A stretch of DNA of 64,000 bases. It comes from Collinsella sp. GTDB lineage: Bacteria > Actinomycetota > Coriobacteriia > Coriobacteriales > Coriobacteriaceae. The notes under the pieces were generated by a model that ran no database searches, was not told where the DNA came from, and saw only the letters and a program-made list of their open reading frames with translations. The DNA lies in contig JAXJNG010000023.1 of assembly GCA_036312785.1 (NCBI GenBank), positions 5,680 to 69,679 of the forward strand, in the 5' to 3' direction. Below are positions 1 to 9,496 of this stretch, piece after piece (positions within the stretch are counted from its first letter, which is position 1; each line of letters opens with the position of its first letter). Made by a program: the position numbers and the translations under genes.

Positions 1-678
1 CGAATTAACGGAGCTCTTCTCGTTGTCTTGGCGATAGCACAAAATGGGGTCCGCGATAAACGCAGCACGCTCGGCGCATGCCCAGACCTTAAAGTTAAAA
101 CCCGCATCCTGATACGAGGCACCCGGCGTGGGAAGGAAGCGAATCTGATTGTCGTTGAGGAACGCGCGCCGATAGATAGCCGACCAAATGGAAGGCTTGC
201 GGTAGAAGATGCCCGGGCGATCGACGGGGCGATACGCGGCGCCCGTCATATGCTCGTCGATAATCCCAAACAGCTCACGTCGCTCGCTGGGCGTGGACCA
301 ATACAGATAAAAGTCGCCCTTTACCGCATCGGCATGCTCAGCATCGGCCTTGGCGACCAGCTTTTGAAGCGAATCCTCAAACATAAAGTCGTCGGACTCA
401 AGGATGCCCACGTACTCACCGCGCGCCATCTCCAGGCCACGGTTCATCGAGTCGCCGTAGCCGCTGTTGGCCTTGTCGATCATCTTTACACGGGGGTCGT
501 GCTCCATGTACTCGCGGATGATATCCGGCGAGCTATCGGTGGAGCCGTCGTTGATGCAGATGATCTCGATGTCATTGAGCGTCTGCGCCACGGCGGAATC
601 GAGGCACACGCGCAGATAGCGCTCGACATTGCAAATGGGGACAAGCAGCGAAACTTTAGGGGTATCAGAGTTCTGCAA
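1..678 (-). CDS. Glycosyltransferase family 2 (3' end outside window)
   Basis: Not in the ORF track. Minus-strand translation from TTG at 678 reads MQNSDTPKVSLLVPICNVERYLRECLDS...INDGSTD...GILESDD. GGAGG RBS upstream; close paralog of 1800..2903. Confidence 0.85.
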   Translation of the reverse strand, partial: MQNSDTPKVSLLVPICNVERYLRVCLDSAVAQTLNDIEIICINDGSTDSSPDIIREYMEHDPRVKMIDKANSGYGDSMNRGLEMARGEYVGILESDDFMFEDSLQKLVAKADAEHADAVKGDFYLYWSTPSERRELFGIIDEHMTGAAYRPVDRPGIFYRKPSIWSAIYRRAFLNDNQIRFLPTPGASYQDAGFNFKVWACAERAAFIADPILCYRQDNEKSSVNS

Positions 679-752
679 GAGAACCTCCCGTTGAATAGCG
701 TGTAACAGGGTTATTTTAGCAGCCGAGTTGCGGCGGGCGGCAGCGCTTGGAA

Positions 753-1793
753 TTATAGAAAGCGCTCCAGGCAGGCTTTGAGACCGCGAGTCGAAAGATA
801 GAACAGCGTGGCGTCTGCCATCGAAACGCCCGAGGTCGCCGCAACGAGCTTGTGGGCAACACGGCGAACGGCACCCTTAGCAGGCATATCCGCCCACTCC
901 GTTCCCAAAAACGTCGTGAGGTCCATGTTGACGCGAGCCGCCACGCGATGGAAGTCATCGGCATCCAAGCGCGCCAGATCGAACACAATTAGGTCCAAAA
1001 ACCAAGTTATCAGCTCGCCGGGACACAGGTCCAAAAGACCATAGGCCGCCCAGTCTTCCAAGACCTCCTCGAGCATCTTCATGTGGGCGTCAAGCTTTTT
1101 GGCGCGCGCCTCGGCACTGTTGAACTCGTGCGTCGCCGATTCGCTCTCCATCACGTAGTGGTAGAACTTGTCAGGCATGACGACGGTCCTGCGGGCAAGC
1201 GCATAAGCCGCAAATTGGAAGACGACGTCCTCGCCCAAAGCCAAACCGGGGGCGAAGCGTATGCCTTCGCGATTGAGCAGCTCGCGCGAAAAGGCTGCAC
1301 GGCAGGCATAGGGCTGCGCATTCGAATGGAACAGCAGTTGGGGATCACGGGCGCCGAAGGTACCAGCTTTGGGGCTCATGAGTTGCTGGACGCGTTTGGG
1401 GGCAGCATCGGCAGGTTCACAGACGCCGCCAAAAACGGCGGCCTCGGCATCTGCAGACTTCATGGCATGCAGCACGCGCTCGATCGTCTGGGCATCGATG
1501 TAATCGTCGGCGTCCACAAAAAAGACGGTCTCGCCCTCGGCGGCATCGATTCCGACATTTCGAGCACACGAGACGCCCGCGTTTTCCTGATCAATCACCA
1601 GTACGCGATCATCGGCCTGCGCAATCTGGCGCAACACGTTCAACGAATCATCAGTCGAACCGTCGTTGACGCAGACAACCTGAATCGAGCGCTCGGACTG
1701 GGCCAACAGCGAATCGAGGCATCGCTGAATGGAGCGCGCAGAGTTGTAAACGGGGACGACAATGGTAGCTTTAGGACACGAGGCCTCTCCCAT
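753..1793 (-). CDS. Glycosyltransferase family 2
   Basis: VVPVYN, VNDGSTD, NAGVSCARN, FVDADD and LGED motifs. Confidence 0.9.
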   Translation of the reverse strand: MGEASCPKATIVVPVYNSARSIQRCLDSLLAQSERSIQVVCVNDGSTDDSLNVLRQIAQADDRVLVIDQENAGVSCARNVGIDAAEGETVFFVDADDYIDAQTIERVLHAMKSADAEAAVFGGVCEPADAAPKRVQQLMSPKAGTFGARDPQLLFHSNAQPYACRAAFSRELLNREGIRFAPGLALGEDVVFQFAAYALARRTVVMPDKFYHYVMESESATHEFNSAEARAKKLDAHMKMLEEVLEDWAAYGLLDLCPGELITWFLDLIVFDLARLDADDFHRVAARVNMDLTTFLGTEWADMPAKGAVRRVAHKLVAATSGVSMADATLFYLSTRGLKACLERFL

Positions 1794-1799
1794 GCCGAC

Positions 1800-2903
1800 C
1801 TACCCCCTCAGCGATTCGATGAGGAAGGCGGCGACCACGCCTGGGCCTCCAACCGAGGCGTAATACTTGGCGCGCCCCAAGGCACCATCCGTCGCAAAAC
1901 TCGGATGCTCGTCAACCCAGCCCTCAGGATCTTTGAGGATGGCAGCGAGATTTGCGCGCTTCCACGGCTTGAGGTCGTCAAGCGAAAACTCCCCCGCGTC
2001 CAAGGCCGCTTGGAACTCCTTGGCCATCTGAACCAGGAACTCCTTATAGAACTTAGGCGCCAGGCGCACGTAGTTCCACATGTACGAATCGTACTTAATG
2101 AGCTGATTGAACTTGAGCATGCGCGCGACATCGCCGCTTACGTGGTCGCGGGCATAATTCTCTCGAATCCAACGCTCAATCTCGGCATACTCGGTATTGA
2201 CGCAAAAGACCTTAGCCGAAGAATTGACCGAGGAATTCTCGTTGTCCTGTCGATACGACAAAACGGCATCATGCAGGTAAACAGCCTTATTGGCGCACGC
2301 GATCACCTTAAAGGCAAATGACGTGTCCTGAAAGGATGCCCCCGGAGTCGGCAGGAACTTAATGCCGTTGCGCTCAAGAAAATCGCGACGGTACACGGCC
2401 GACCAAATCGACGGCTTTTGTTTAAAGAACTGCGTTGTATCGCTCGGGTGCACTGGCTTGCCGCAATCCTGAGGTCTAAACATCTCGTGCAGCGAGCGGC
2501 GCTCCTCGGGCTTAGACCAGTAGAAATCAAAATTCGCCTTCGCAAAGTCGGCATTATTGCTATCGGCGGCCGAGACAAGCTTTTCGAGTGCGTCGGGCGC
2601 CATAAAGTCATCGGACTCCAAGATGCCAACGTACTTGCCACGCGCCATCTCCAGACCGTGGTTCATCGAGTCGCCGTAGCCGCTGTTGGCCTTGTCGATC
2701 ATCTTGACGCGCCCATCGCGCTCCATATACTCGCGGATAATCGCCGGCGAGTTGTCGGTCGACCCATCGTTAATGCAGATGATCTCAATATCCTTGAGCG
2801 TCTGCGCCAGGGCGGAATCGAGGCACTCGCGCAGGTAGCGCTGAACATTGTAAATGGGAATAAGCAGCGACAGAACAGGGCTGCCAGAGGCGTTAGTAGA
2901 CAA
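1800..2903 (-). CDS. Glycosyltransferase family 2
   Basis: LIPIYN, INDGSTD, LESDD and FQD motifs; TTG start with AAGGAG RBS. Confidence 0.9.
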   Translation of the reverse strand: MSTNASGSPVLSLLIPIYNVQRYLRECLDSALAQTLKDIEIICINDGSTDNSPAIIREYMERDGRVKMIDKANSGYGDSMNHGLEMARGKYVGILESDDFMAPDALEKLVSAADSNNADFAKANFDFYWSKPEERRSLHEMFRPQDCGKPVHPSDTTQFFKQKPSIWSAVYRRDFLERNGIKFLPTPGASFQDTSFAFKVIACANKAVYLHDAVLSYRQDNENSSVNSSAKVFCVNTEYAEIERWIRENYARDHVSGDVARMLKFNQLIKYDSYMWNYVRLAPKFYKEFLVQMAKEFQAALDAGEFSLDDLKPWKRANLAAILKDPEGWVDEHPSFATDGALGRAKYYASVGGPGVVAAFLIESLRG

Positions 2904-3160
2904 ATGTGCTCCTTAGGAAATACCTGTCGTTTCATGGTATCAAAGGGTCAGCGCGCCAGCGGGCGTTTATATAATCTATGGAGCCTCTTGCGGGCAAAGC
3001 AGCCCCACGTCATGCGGCGGGCCCGTGGCAGGTTCCTGCGTTTTATTCAAAGCTTGCCGTCAAGGCGCGCCGAGCCTTTACAATAGATGCCGTCCCAAGG
3101 ACGTATTCGATAGCTTCCGTGCAGCGCATGCGCGCCGTGCGTGAAAGGATATATTGCCCC

Positions 3161-4180
3161 ATGCCTTCAACCCTTCCCGCTCCCATCGATAAGCTCGCCA
3201 TCGTCGTCGTTACGTACAAGCGTCAGGAACTCCTGGCCAACTTGTTCGACTCCATGACCGAGCTCACTGCCGCGCCCTGGCGCATCGTGATTGTCGATAA
3301 CGAGAATTCGCGCGAGACCGAGGCCATGTGCACCGCATTCAACGAGCGCCTGGCCAACCTGTGGGGCATCGACACCGAGCAGCCCGACGCGCAAGGCGGC
3401 ACCGACCGTGTCATCTACGCCCCGCAGCTCGAAAACGGCGGCGGTGCGGGCGGCTTCTCCGCCGGTACTAAATGCGCCTACGACCTGGGCGCCCAGTGGT
3501 TCTGGGTGATGGACGACGACGTGCTCGTCATCCCCGAAGGCATCGAGCGTCTTGCCAAGTGGACCGACCGCTACGACGTCATCCAGGGTTCGCGCCTAGA
3601 CTTTGACGGCGGCGCTTTCTTTTGGCAGTACCAACTCATCCTTTCACTCGGCATTCCCAACCCTGTCGCCAAGTGGGACTTGGGCCCCGAGGGCTACCGC
3701 GCCATGAACCAGCTGTGCTTTGAGGGCGGCATGTTCTCGCGCCGCGTGGTCGACAAGATCGGCCTGCCCGATGCGCGATTCTTCATCTACGGCGACGATG
3801 CCTGCTACGGCTATGTAGCCAGCCAGCACTTCCCCGCCGCCGTTGTTGCCGACGTTGTACTCAAGCGCGCCCGCGCCGTCTCTAATTGGGACATTGCCGG
3901 CAAGCGCCAGCTCAACTCTACGAGCGACACCAACCGCTACTACATCATGCGCAACCGCGGCTTCCTCGCTCGCTATATGCAGATCTACGGTGACTACCAC
4001 CCCATGCTGTTCCGCCTGGGCAATGCCGCGACCTTCTGCAAGGAATTCATTCGCCTGGCTGCGGTCGATAAGTGCTTTAAGACCGGCATTCCGGCGCTGC
4101 GCCGCGGCATGAAGGACGCCCACAAGATCATCAAGGATCCCAACTGGAAGCCCATGCCGCCCATGAAGGACACCGAGTAA
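3161..4180 (+). CDS. Glycosyltransferase family 2 (GlfT1/rhamnosyltransferase-like)
   Basis: VVVTYKR, IVDN, NGGGAGGF, WVMDDD, FFIYGDD and RYYIMRN motifs; ATG at 3161 after AAAGGA. Confidence 0.85.
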   Translation: MPSTLPAPIDKLAIVVVTYKRQELLANLFDSMTELTAAPWRIVIVDNENSRETEAMCTAFNERLANLWGIDTEQPDAQGGTDRVIYAPQLENGGGAGGFSAGTKCAYDLGAQWFWVMDDDVLVIPEGIERLAKWTDRYDVIQGSRLDFDGGAFFWQYQLILSLGIPNPVAKWDLGPEGYRAMNQLCFEGGMFSRRVVDKIGLPDARFFIYGDDACYGYVASQHFPAAVVADVVLKRARAVSNWDIAGKRQLNSTSDTNRYYIMRNRGFLARYMQIYGDYHPMLFRLGNAATFCKEFIRLAAVDKCFKTGIPALRRGMKDAHKIIKDPNWKPMPPMKDTE

Positions 4181-4204
4181 CGGAAGCCGGAAACACCTCA
4201 GCTC

Positions 4205-6004
4205 TTAAAGCCGCTGGTACACCGTAGCCACATGCTGTCCATCAAACCCAAACCCCCAGCGCATGCGGCCAACGCCGGGGCGTGGTACACGAATTTCGTC
4301 GATGCCGTCGCGCTCTATGTCGAGTAGCGACTGCACGGCCAGCAATTCCAACCCCAGCGCATCCACATCGGGGTCATACATCATATTGATCGTTATAAGC
4401 GGGCGCTCGTCCAGCATGCCGATCGTATCGGCTATGTCGAACACGGCGCCCGTAGGAAAAACCTGGATGTCCCAGCGACCCGCGCCACACTTTCGCCTCG
4501 AGGCAGGATTGGCATAGCCCGGCAAGCCAAAGCAGAGCCCCTGCAAGAGCAGATGATATGGCAGCGGCGCATCTGGGTCGGTCGCACCGATTCCCGCATC
4601 TCCCAGGATGCGGCTTAGCGCCCGCCTCACGGTATCCTCGTCCCCACGGCACAACCCGTCGCGAAACGCATCGACGTCTCGAATGTCTTCGGCAGCACAC
4701 TCAAACCACTCAATAATCACTAGACGCAAGGCCTGGCGAAGCTCGTTATTAGGCAATCGCAAAGCACGGAGGCGATCGCCATGCTCTGGCTTCTCAGTCA
4801 TATCCGTCGTCAGGAAACCTGACAGATACAGCGCCGTCCACAAGCCATCATCAGGCGAGGCCTCTAGCCCCGCAGCGTCCAAACAAAGCGGGACCCCAAC
4901 GCATCCATGGGCCTCGAGCAAATTAAACAAGACCGAAAGGCGGTCGAGATTCCAGTCACTAACTACCCTACTCAGGCAATCCGCATACCCATACAGATCG
5001 GCACGCACGGGCGCCGTGCAGCCTCGGTCCAGAAAACCGATCACACGCGCTGGACTCGAGCAATAGGCCCTACCAAACCGATATCCCTCGAGCCATTCAC
5101 GTGCATCATCCAGGAATTCCTCGCGCCCAGCATGATTCAACAGAGCCTGGACCTCGGCATCCGAAAAGCCGAAACAACGGTCACACCAGGTCGAAAGCGG
5201 CGTCGTCAGACAATACGAGCAGCCATGCAAAGAAAGCGCCGCTTCGGCAGGACCGGGACACTCCCCCATCAGACACGTCAGCCGCAACGAATCGCGCGCA
5301 GCGACAATGGCGTCGAACAGCACGCGATCGAATAGCCCTGCCGGATCAGCACCGGAAGCGCCCCTCGCGCTTGCACGGCCCAACCATGCCGCATCGTACC
5401 CATCAACGAGCAATACAACCTGCTCATCGCAGGCAATCTCCAGCAGCTCAATGAGCACACCGAGCACCGAGGCGACCTCGTCCTCGCTCGCCGCACCACG
5501 CGCAACGCGTTCGATGTGACGCACCTTGTCTCGAGCTAAATCCGGAGCTTCCAAGAGTGGCAACAGGCGAACACATTCGCCCGAAAGAGCATTGTGCACG
5601 ACGCCGGCAACAGCGGCCCCGCACCTTGCAGCGCCAGAAAAGTCCAGCGATATCACCGGATAGCAAGCATACTCATCCCGATAGCGCCCGCTGTTCGCAT
5701 CCCAAATCTGAGCATCGGCAAACAAACGCTGACCAGAGCGACCGACCGCTGGACGCTCCAGAAAAGCCTTGAGCATCGACAAGTTCATGCTCTTGCCAAA
5801 ACCCTCGGGTCGACAGCACACCACAACGGACGCGTCGCAGTCCAACACATCGGCAATAAACATGGTCTTGTCAACCAGCATGCAGCAACCAAGGGACTCC
5901 GCATAGTCGTGCATGCCAATGGGCAAATCCGCATCGTCGGCACAGCCGATCAAGCGCACACCAAAGCCAGCAGCACAATCAACATTTGCCTGTTCAGACA
6001 CCAT
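4205..6004 (-). CDS. AAA-ATPase-like plus PD-(D/E)XK-fold protein with degenerate active sites
   Basis: LPIG..., VDKT, RPEGFGKSMNLSML, YPVISLDF, FGFSDAEV, LYLSGFLT, LRLPNNE and C-terminal WGFGFDG follow the AAA-ATPase_like/PDDEXK_9 layout. Confidence 0.8.
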   Translation of the reverse strand: MVSEQANVDCAAGFGVRLIGCADDADLPIGMHDYAESLGCCMLVDKTMFIADVLDCDASVVVCCRPEGFGKSMNLSMLKAFLERPAVGRSGQRLFADAQIWDANSGRYRDEYACYPVISLDFSGAARCGAAVAGVVHNALSGECVRLLPLLEAPDLARDKVRHIERVARGAASEDEVASVLGVLIELLEIACDEQVVLLVDGYDAAWLGRASARGASGADPAGLFDRVLFDAIVAARDSLRLTCLMGECPGPAEAALSLHGCSYCLTTPLSTWCDRCFGFSDAEVQALLNHAGREEFLDDAREWLEGYRFGRAYCSSPARVIGFLDRGCTAPVRADLYGYADCLSRVVSDWNLDRLSVLFNLLEAHGCVGVPLCLDAAGLEASPDDGLWTALYLSGFLTTDMTEKPEHGDRLRALRLPNNELRQALRLVIIEWFECAAEDIRDVDAFRDGLCRGDEDTVRRALSRILGDAGIGATDPDAPLPYHLLLQGLCFGLPGYANPASRRKCGAGRWDIQVFPTGAVFDIADTIGMLDERPLITINMMYDPDVDALGLELLAVQSLLDIERDGIDEIRVPRPGVGRMRWGFGFDGQHVATVYQRL

Positions 6005-6205
6005 AACGTTCCCCCCCCAAATCGCAGCACGATGCCAATTGTAATGACCGCCTCGCGCGTACCGACGACGCCGCTCGAACATATCGGGCAACGGTAGCAA
6101 CAAGAGGTATGAGGGGGCATAACTAATCGTTGCACAACAAAACGGGGCCCAATGTATTCGTACCGGACCCCGTCCCAACTCTTTAGTCATCTAGCAACCA
6201 AGAGG

Positions 6206-8014
6206 CTACTCCTCCGAGCCGTCCTCCCCAGAAGCTTTCTTCTGCTGATCGAGCTTATGCTTACCACTTACGATAGACGTAGCGCCCAGTGTGGCCAAGC
6301 TTGCACTGGCAAGGCTCGCCATAACGATAAGGTCGCCCGTCTTGGGCATGTTGCCGCCAGATGACTTGGTCGTTGTAGTCGTCGTGGTTGTAGTGGTCAC
6401 CGTCTTGGAGTCATTTTGCTCTTGGACCTGGTTGTCAGCACCGCTCTCGTCGTCTTCGGACTGTTTCTTTCCGTCCTCGGTCTTGTTTTTGTCCTTCCCC
6501 TCAGATTCAGACTTCTTACCCTCGTCCTTCTTCTGAGCGGATTTGTCGTCCTTCTCCTCAGAGCTAGAACCCTTATCGGATTCGGTCTTCTCGGAAGCCT
6601 TGTCCTTGGAGTCGTCCCCTGCGGCCTCGGTCTTTTCCGTGGAAACCTGATCAGAGTTGTCCTTGTTCTGGGCGGAGCCGTTATTGACGCCAGCCATCAG
6701 CGAAGAACCCAGCGTAGAACCAAGCTGCTCGGAGAAAGAAGGCTTCTTGTCCGGCGAAGCAACGGGAGCGTCCGGCGCCTTATTCGAGTCGTCCTTGGAA
6801 GCATCGGAATCAGGGGTTGCATCAGAGCCGGAGCCGTTGTTAGAGCCGGTGTCAGCAGAGGAATCGCTCGAGCCGGTAGATGAGTTAGAGGTGTCAGCGT
6901 CGGTCGAACCAGAAGCGTCGCTGTCCGTATTGCCGGCAGAGCTTGAAGACGAATCGCCCGCAGCAGAGCCGTTCAAATCGGAGCCGTTCGAGGTAGAGCC
7001 GTCGTTGGTAGCGCCACCAGCAGAGCCATTACCGTCAGCATCGGTCGAGGGCGCATCCATCCTGTCATCGTTGACATCGTCACTCGAGCCGTCATTCGAA
7101 TCAGGTGTCGGCGAGGGCGCCGGCGTAGGCTCGGGCTGCACGGGCGTCGCAGCGGCAGCCTCATCCTCGGCGATATAAACCAAGCAGTCTTTCAGCTCAT
7201 TCTTATAACGATTCTTCCAGCCCTCATGATACTGAGGCTGACTCGAAAACTTGGTGGCGACATTGTTGACCACGCTATTGGAGAGCGCCGTCACAAACTC
7301 TCGGTCGGACATATCGTTGGAAAGATTCGCCCAGCGGAAAAAGTCCCTGCAGCCACCAGTGCCGCACATGTTGGTGATGCTCCACACCATGCCCTTGACG
7401 CAATCGGCGCGGCCCGAAATATCAATACCCAGGCCGCTCTTGAGCCACGCCTCGGTCACCGCATAGTACGAGTTGTACGCATAGGCATCTTGAAGTGCTG
7501 AGAACTCAACAGGATCGGTGTTGTACGCACCTTGGAAGGCATCCTGAGCGATATGGCCCAACTCGGTGAGCTGGCCGTTCTCGTACATGGCATTGCTCGT
7601 GTTGGAAATCTCGCTGCCGCGATCAATCGCATCCTTGAGCATGCTGTATTTTTCGGGGCTGTAGTTGTAGACCTGCTTCATAAACGGAATGAGCGACCAA
7701 CGACGGTCGAACTGGTAATAGCCCAGCGCGTTGTAGCCGTCACCATACGAAAAGCCCTGGTTATAGTTGCCGTGGCTCTCGTATTTGGTGAAGTACTTCA
7801 TCTCGGCGGTCACGTTGACAAACGAAACGCCCTGAACCGACCTCAGCACGCCCGAGAAGGATTGCTGGGTGTAAAGGCCCTTATCGATATCGGTGGCATC
7901 CGAGGCTACGCCCGGCGTGGGCTCCTCGGCAGCGGCGGGTGCCGGCGCGGAAACGGCGCCAAACGAAAGCGCCAGCGTCAGGCCCGCGACAATAGCAGAA
8001 TGCTTGGGCTGCAT
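6206..8014 (-). CDS. Sortase-anchored surface protein with putative lysozyme-like (VgrG3-C-like) domain and Ser/Asp-rich stalk
   Basis: N-terminal signal peptide; KYES...LGYYQF domain; low-complexity S/D/K/T region; MPKTG followed by a hydrophobic stretch and charged tail. Confidence 0.75.
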   Translation of the reverse strand: MQPKHSAIVAGLTLALSFGAVSAPAPAAAEEPTPGVASDATDIDKGLYTQQSFSGVLRSVQGVSFVNVTAEMKYFTKYESHGNYNQGFSYGDGYNALGYYQFDRRWSLIPFMKQVYNYSPEKYSMLKDAIDRGSEISNTSNAMYENGQLTELGHIAQDAFQGAYNTDPVEFSALQDAYAYNSYYAVTEAWLKSGLGIDISGRADCVKGMVWSITNMCGTGGCRDFFRWANLSNDMSDREFVTALSNSVVNNVATKFSSQPQYHEGWKNRYKNELKDCLVYIAEDEAAAATPVQPEPTPAPSPTPDSNDGSSDDVNDDRMDAPSTDADGNGSAGGATNDGSTSNGSDLNGSAAGDSSSSSAGNTDSDASGSTDADTSNSSTGSSDSSADTGSNNGSGSDATPDSDASKDDSNKAPDAPVASPDKKPSFSEQLGSTLGSSLMAGVNNGSAQNKDNSDQVSTEKTEAAGDDSKDKASEKTESDKGSSSEEKDDKSAQKKDEGKKSESEGKDKNKTEDGKKQSEDDESGADNQVQEQNDSKTVTTTTTTTTTTKSSGGNMPKTGDLIVMASLASASLATLGATSIVSGKHKLDQQKKASGEDGSEE

Positions 8015-8142
8015 AAGATCCTCCCTGCATTGGTGTAGTTAAAGTGCAGTTTGCAAAGATAGAATTAAGTATTGCAGTTCACCCGTTGTTGCACAACAAC
8101 CCCTCGGTAAACGGCAACAACCCTCCGCGAAATCTTAAGGAA

Positions 8143-8562
8143 TTAAACAAACTGGTCGTCGGGCGCCATCAGAAGCTCGCCGTATCGCTCCATCAGCCCG
8201 TCCCTCAACTGACAAAAAGCGGGAATATATACGTTCAAGATGCGCTGAATCAAATCTTGAGCGAGCTTGTTGTCATAGATATGGACGTTGGTATTGCGGT
8301 CTCTGAGCATATCTAGCCAGGCCGCCTCATCAATAAAGTCGTAGAATCGGTACGACTCCTTTAAGATGGCACGAGGAGACCCCGACGCGGCAAGCGTAGC
8401 GCCCTCATACTCGAGCAGACGCTTAAGGAGCTTCCAGCTCAGTTCAAATTGAAGATTGAACTTATTAATCAATCCACTCTGAACAAAATCATTGTTGAGA
8501 TCCTGATTGGGCGCATCCTCAAGATTCGCCAAGGCGCTAACAAAGTTCTCATATTTTTTCAT
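8143..8562 (-). CDS. HEPN-domain protein (HI0074/NTase_sub_bind type), putative RNase toxin
   Basis: FELSWKLLK, SPRAILK and WLDMLRDRNTNVHIY (R-X4-H-X-Y); overlaps the upstream MNT gene. Confidence 0.85.
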   Translation of the reverse strand: MKKYENFVSALANLEDAPNQDLNNDFVQSGLINKFNLQFELSWKLLKRLLEYEGATLAASGSPRAILKESYRFYDFIDEAAWLDMLRDRNTNVHIYDNKLAQDLIQRILNVYIPAFCQLRDGLMERYGELLMAPDDQFV

Positions 8563-8842
8563 ACAGAATCACACCATCCTTGGCAATCTCATCGAGCAAT
8601 TGCTGCGATAGGGACTCGTCGAGATTGACGACATCTACATCTAAAAGAGTATCAAGATGTTCCTCGATCAAATATGAGAAACGGCCGAAATCCCGGCAAC
8701 CTGCTACGGCGATGTCAATATCGCTCTTGGGCAAGTTGTCGCCTCGAGCACGAGAACCAAACAACACGACCTTCTCGGCGTCACATTCCCGAGCAAAAAC
8801 TTCGATTTGCTTGTACACCTTGTCGAGAGATGCCATTTGCAC
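8549..8842 (-). CDS. Minimal nucleotidyltransferase (MNT), putative antitoxin
   Basis: LFGSRARGDNLPKSDIDIAV (GS-X10-DXD) and VDVV; start is GTG 8842 or ATG 8836. Confidence 0.88.
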   Translation of the reverse strand: MQMASLDKVYKQIEVFARECDAEKVVLFGSRARGDNLPKSDIDIAVAGCRDFGRFSYLIEEHLDTLLDVDVVNLDESLSQQLLDEIAKDGVILYEKI

Positions 8843-8844
8843 CC

Positions 8845-9276
8845 CTACAGCTTAATGTCAAAGTTGATTTCGGGGACGGCGGCCAGGTCGGCCAACGTCA
8901 CGCCGTCGACGTACTTTTCGATCACGTCGTCCAGACCGCGCCAGAACTTGACGGTCGAGCACAAATCGCTACGGGTGCAGCTGTTGTCGATGCCATCGCA
9001 CGCCACCGGAGCCGTGCTGCCCTCGACGGCACGCAGGATGTCGCCGGCACGCACCTCGGCCGGGTCCTTGGCCATCATGTAGCCGCCGCCCTTGCCGCGC
9101 ACGCTCTTAAGCAGGCCCGCCTTCATAAGCGGACGAACCAGCTGCTCCAGATACTTTTGCGAGATATGCTCGCGGTCGGCAACCTCGCGCAAGGCAATCT
9201 TGCCCTCGGCGTCGCCCAGCGCCGCGATATAGATCATTAACCGGAGGGCATAGCGGCCCTTGGAAGAAATGAGCAT
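8845..9276 (-). CDS. Rrf2-family transcriptional regulator (IscR/CymR-like)
   Basis: KGRYALR, ISQKYLEQL, SVRGKGGGY; three cysteines C-X6-C-X5-C; divergent from the suf operon. Confidence 0.92.
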   Translation of the reverse strand: MLISSKGRYALRLMIYIAALGDAEGKIALREVADREHISQKYLEQLVRPLMKAGLLKSVRGKGGGYMMAKDPAEVRAGDILRAVEGSTAPVACDGIDNSCTRSDLCSTVKFWRGLDDVIEKYVDGVTLADLAAVPEINFDIKL

Positions 9277-9375
9277 ACCTACCCTCCCATCGTTACTGGG
9301 ACAAAACCAGGCTTGTTTGTCCCAAATCCTATGCACGCGGGGCAAACAAACCTGATTATTATGTCCCACATCTAA

Positions 9376-9400
9376 AAAGTCGAGTGGATTAGTCGGGTTT
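9376..9400. promoter_or_regulatory. Putative Rrf2/IscR-type operator, box 1
   Basis: Reverse complement AAACCCGACTAATCCACTCGACTTT is 25 bp and resembles the IscR type-1 box. It lies just upstream of a TTGACT -35 (9405-9410). Confidence 0.6.
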
Positions 9401-9432
9401 TCCCTTGACTAACGCCGAACCCATAGTAACTT

Positions 9433-9457
9433 TATTCCGAGAAGATTCCTAGGGTTT
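9433..9457. promoter_or_regulatory. Putative Rrf2 operator, box 2
   Basis: TATTCCGAGAAGATTCCTAGGGTTT aligns with box 1 (shared CGAG..GATT..T.GGGTTT). Confidence 0.5.
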
Positions 9458-9496
9458 AGTACACCTATGAGTACACCATATACAGAGAGGGACAGC

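Noticed and set aside
6371..6402. Thr-codon run as a phase-variable repeat
   Set aside because: Codons are mixed rather than a perfect nucleotide repeat.
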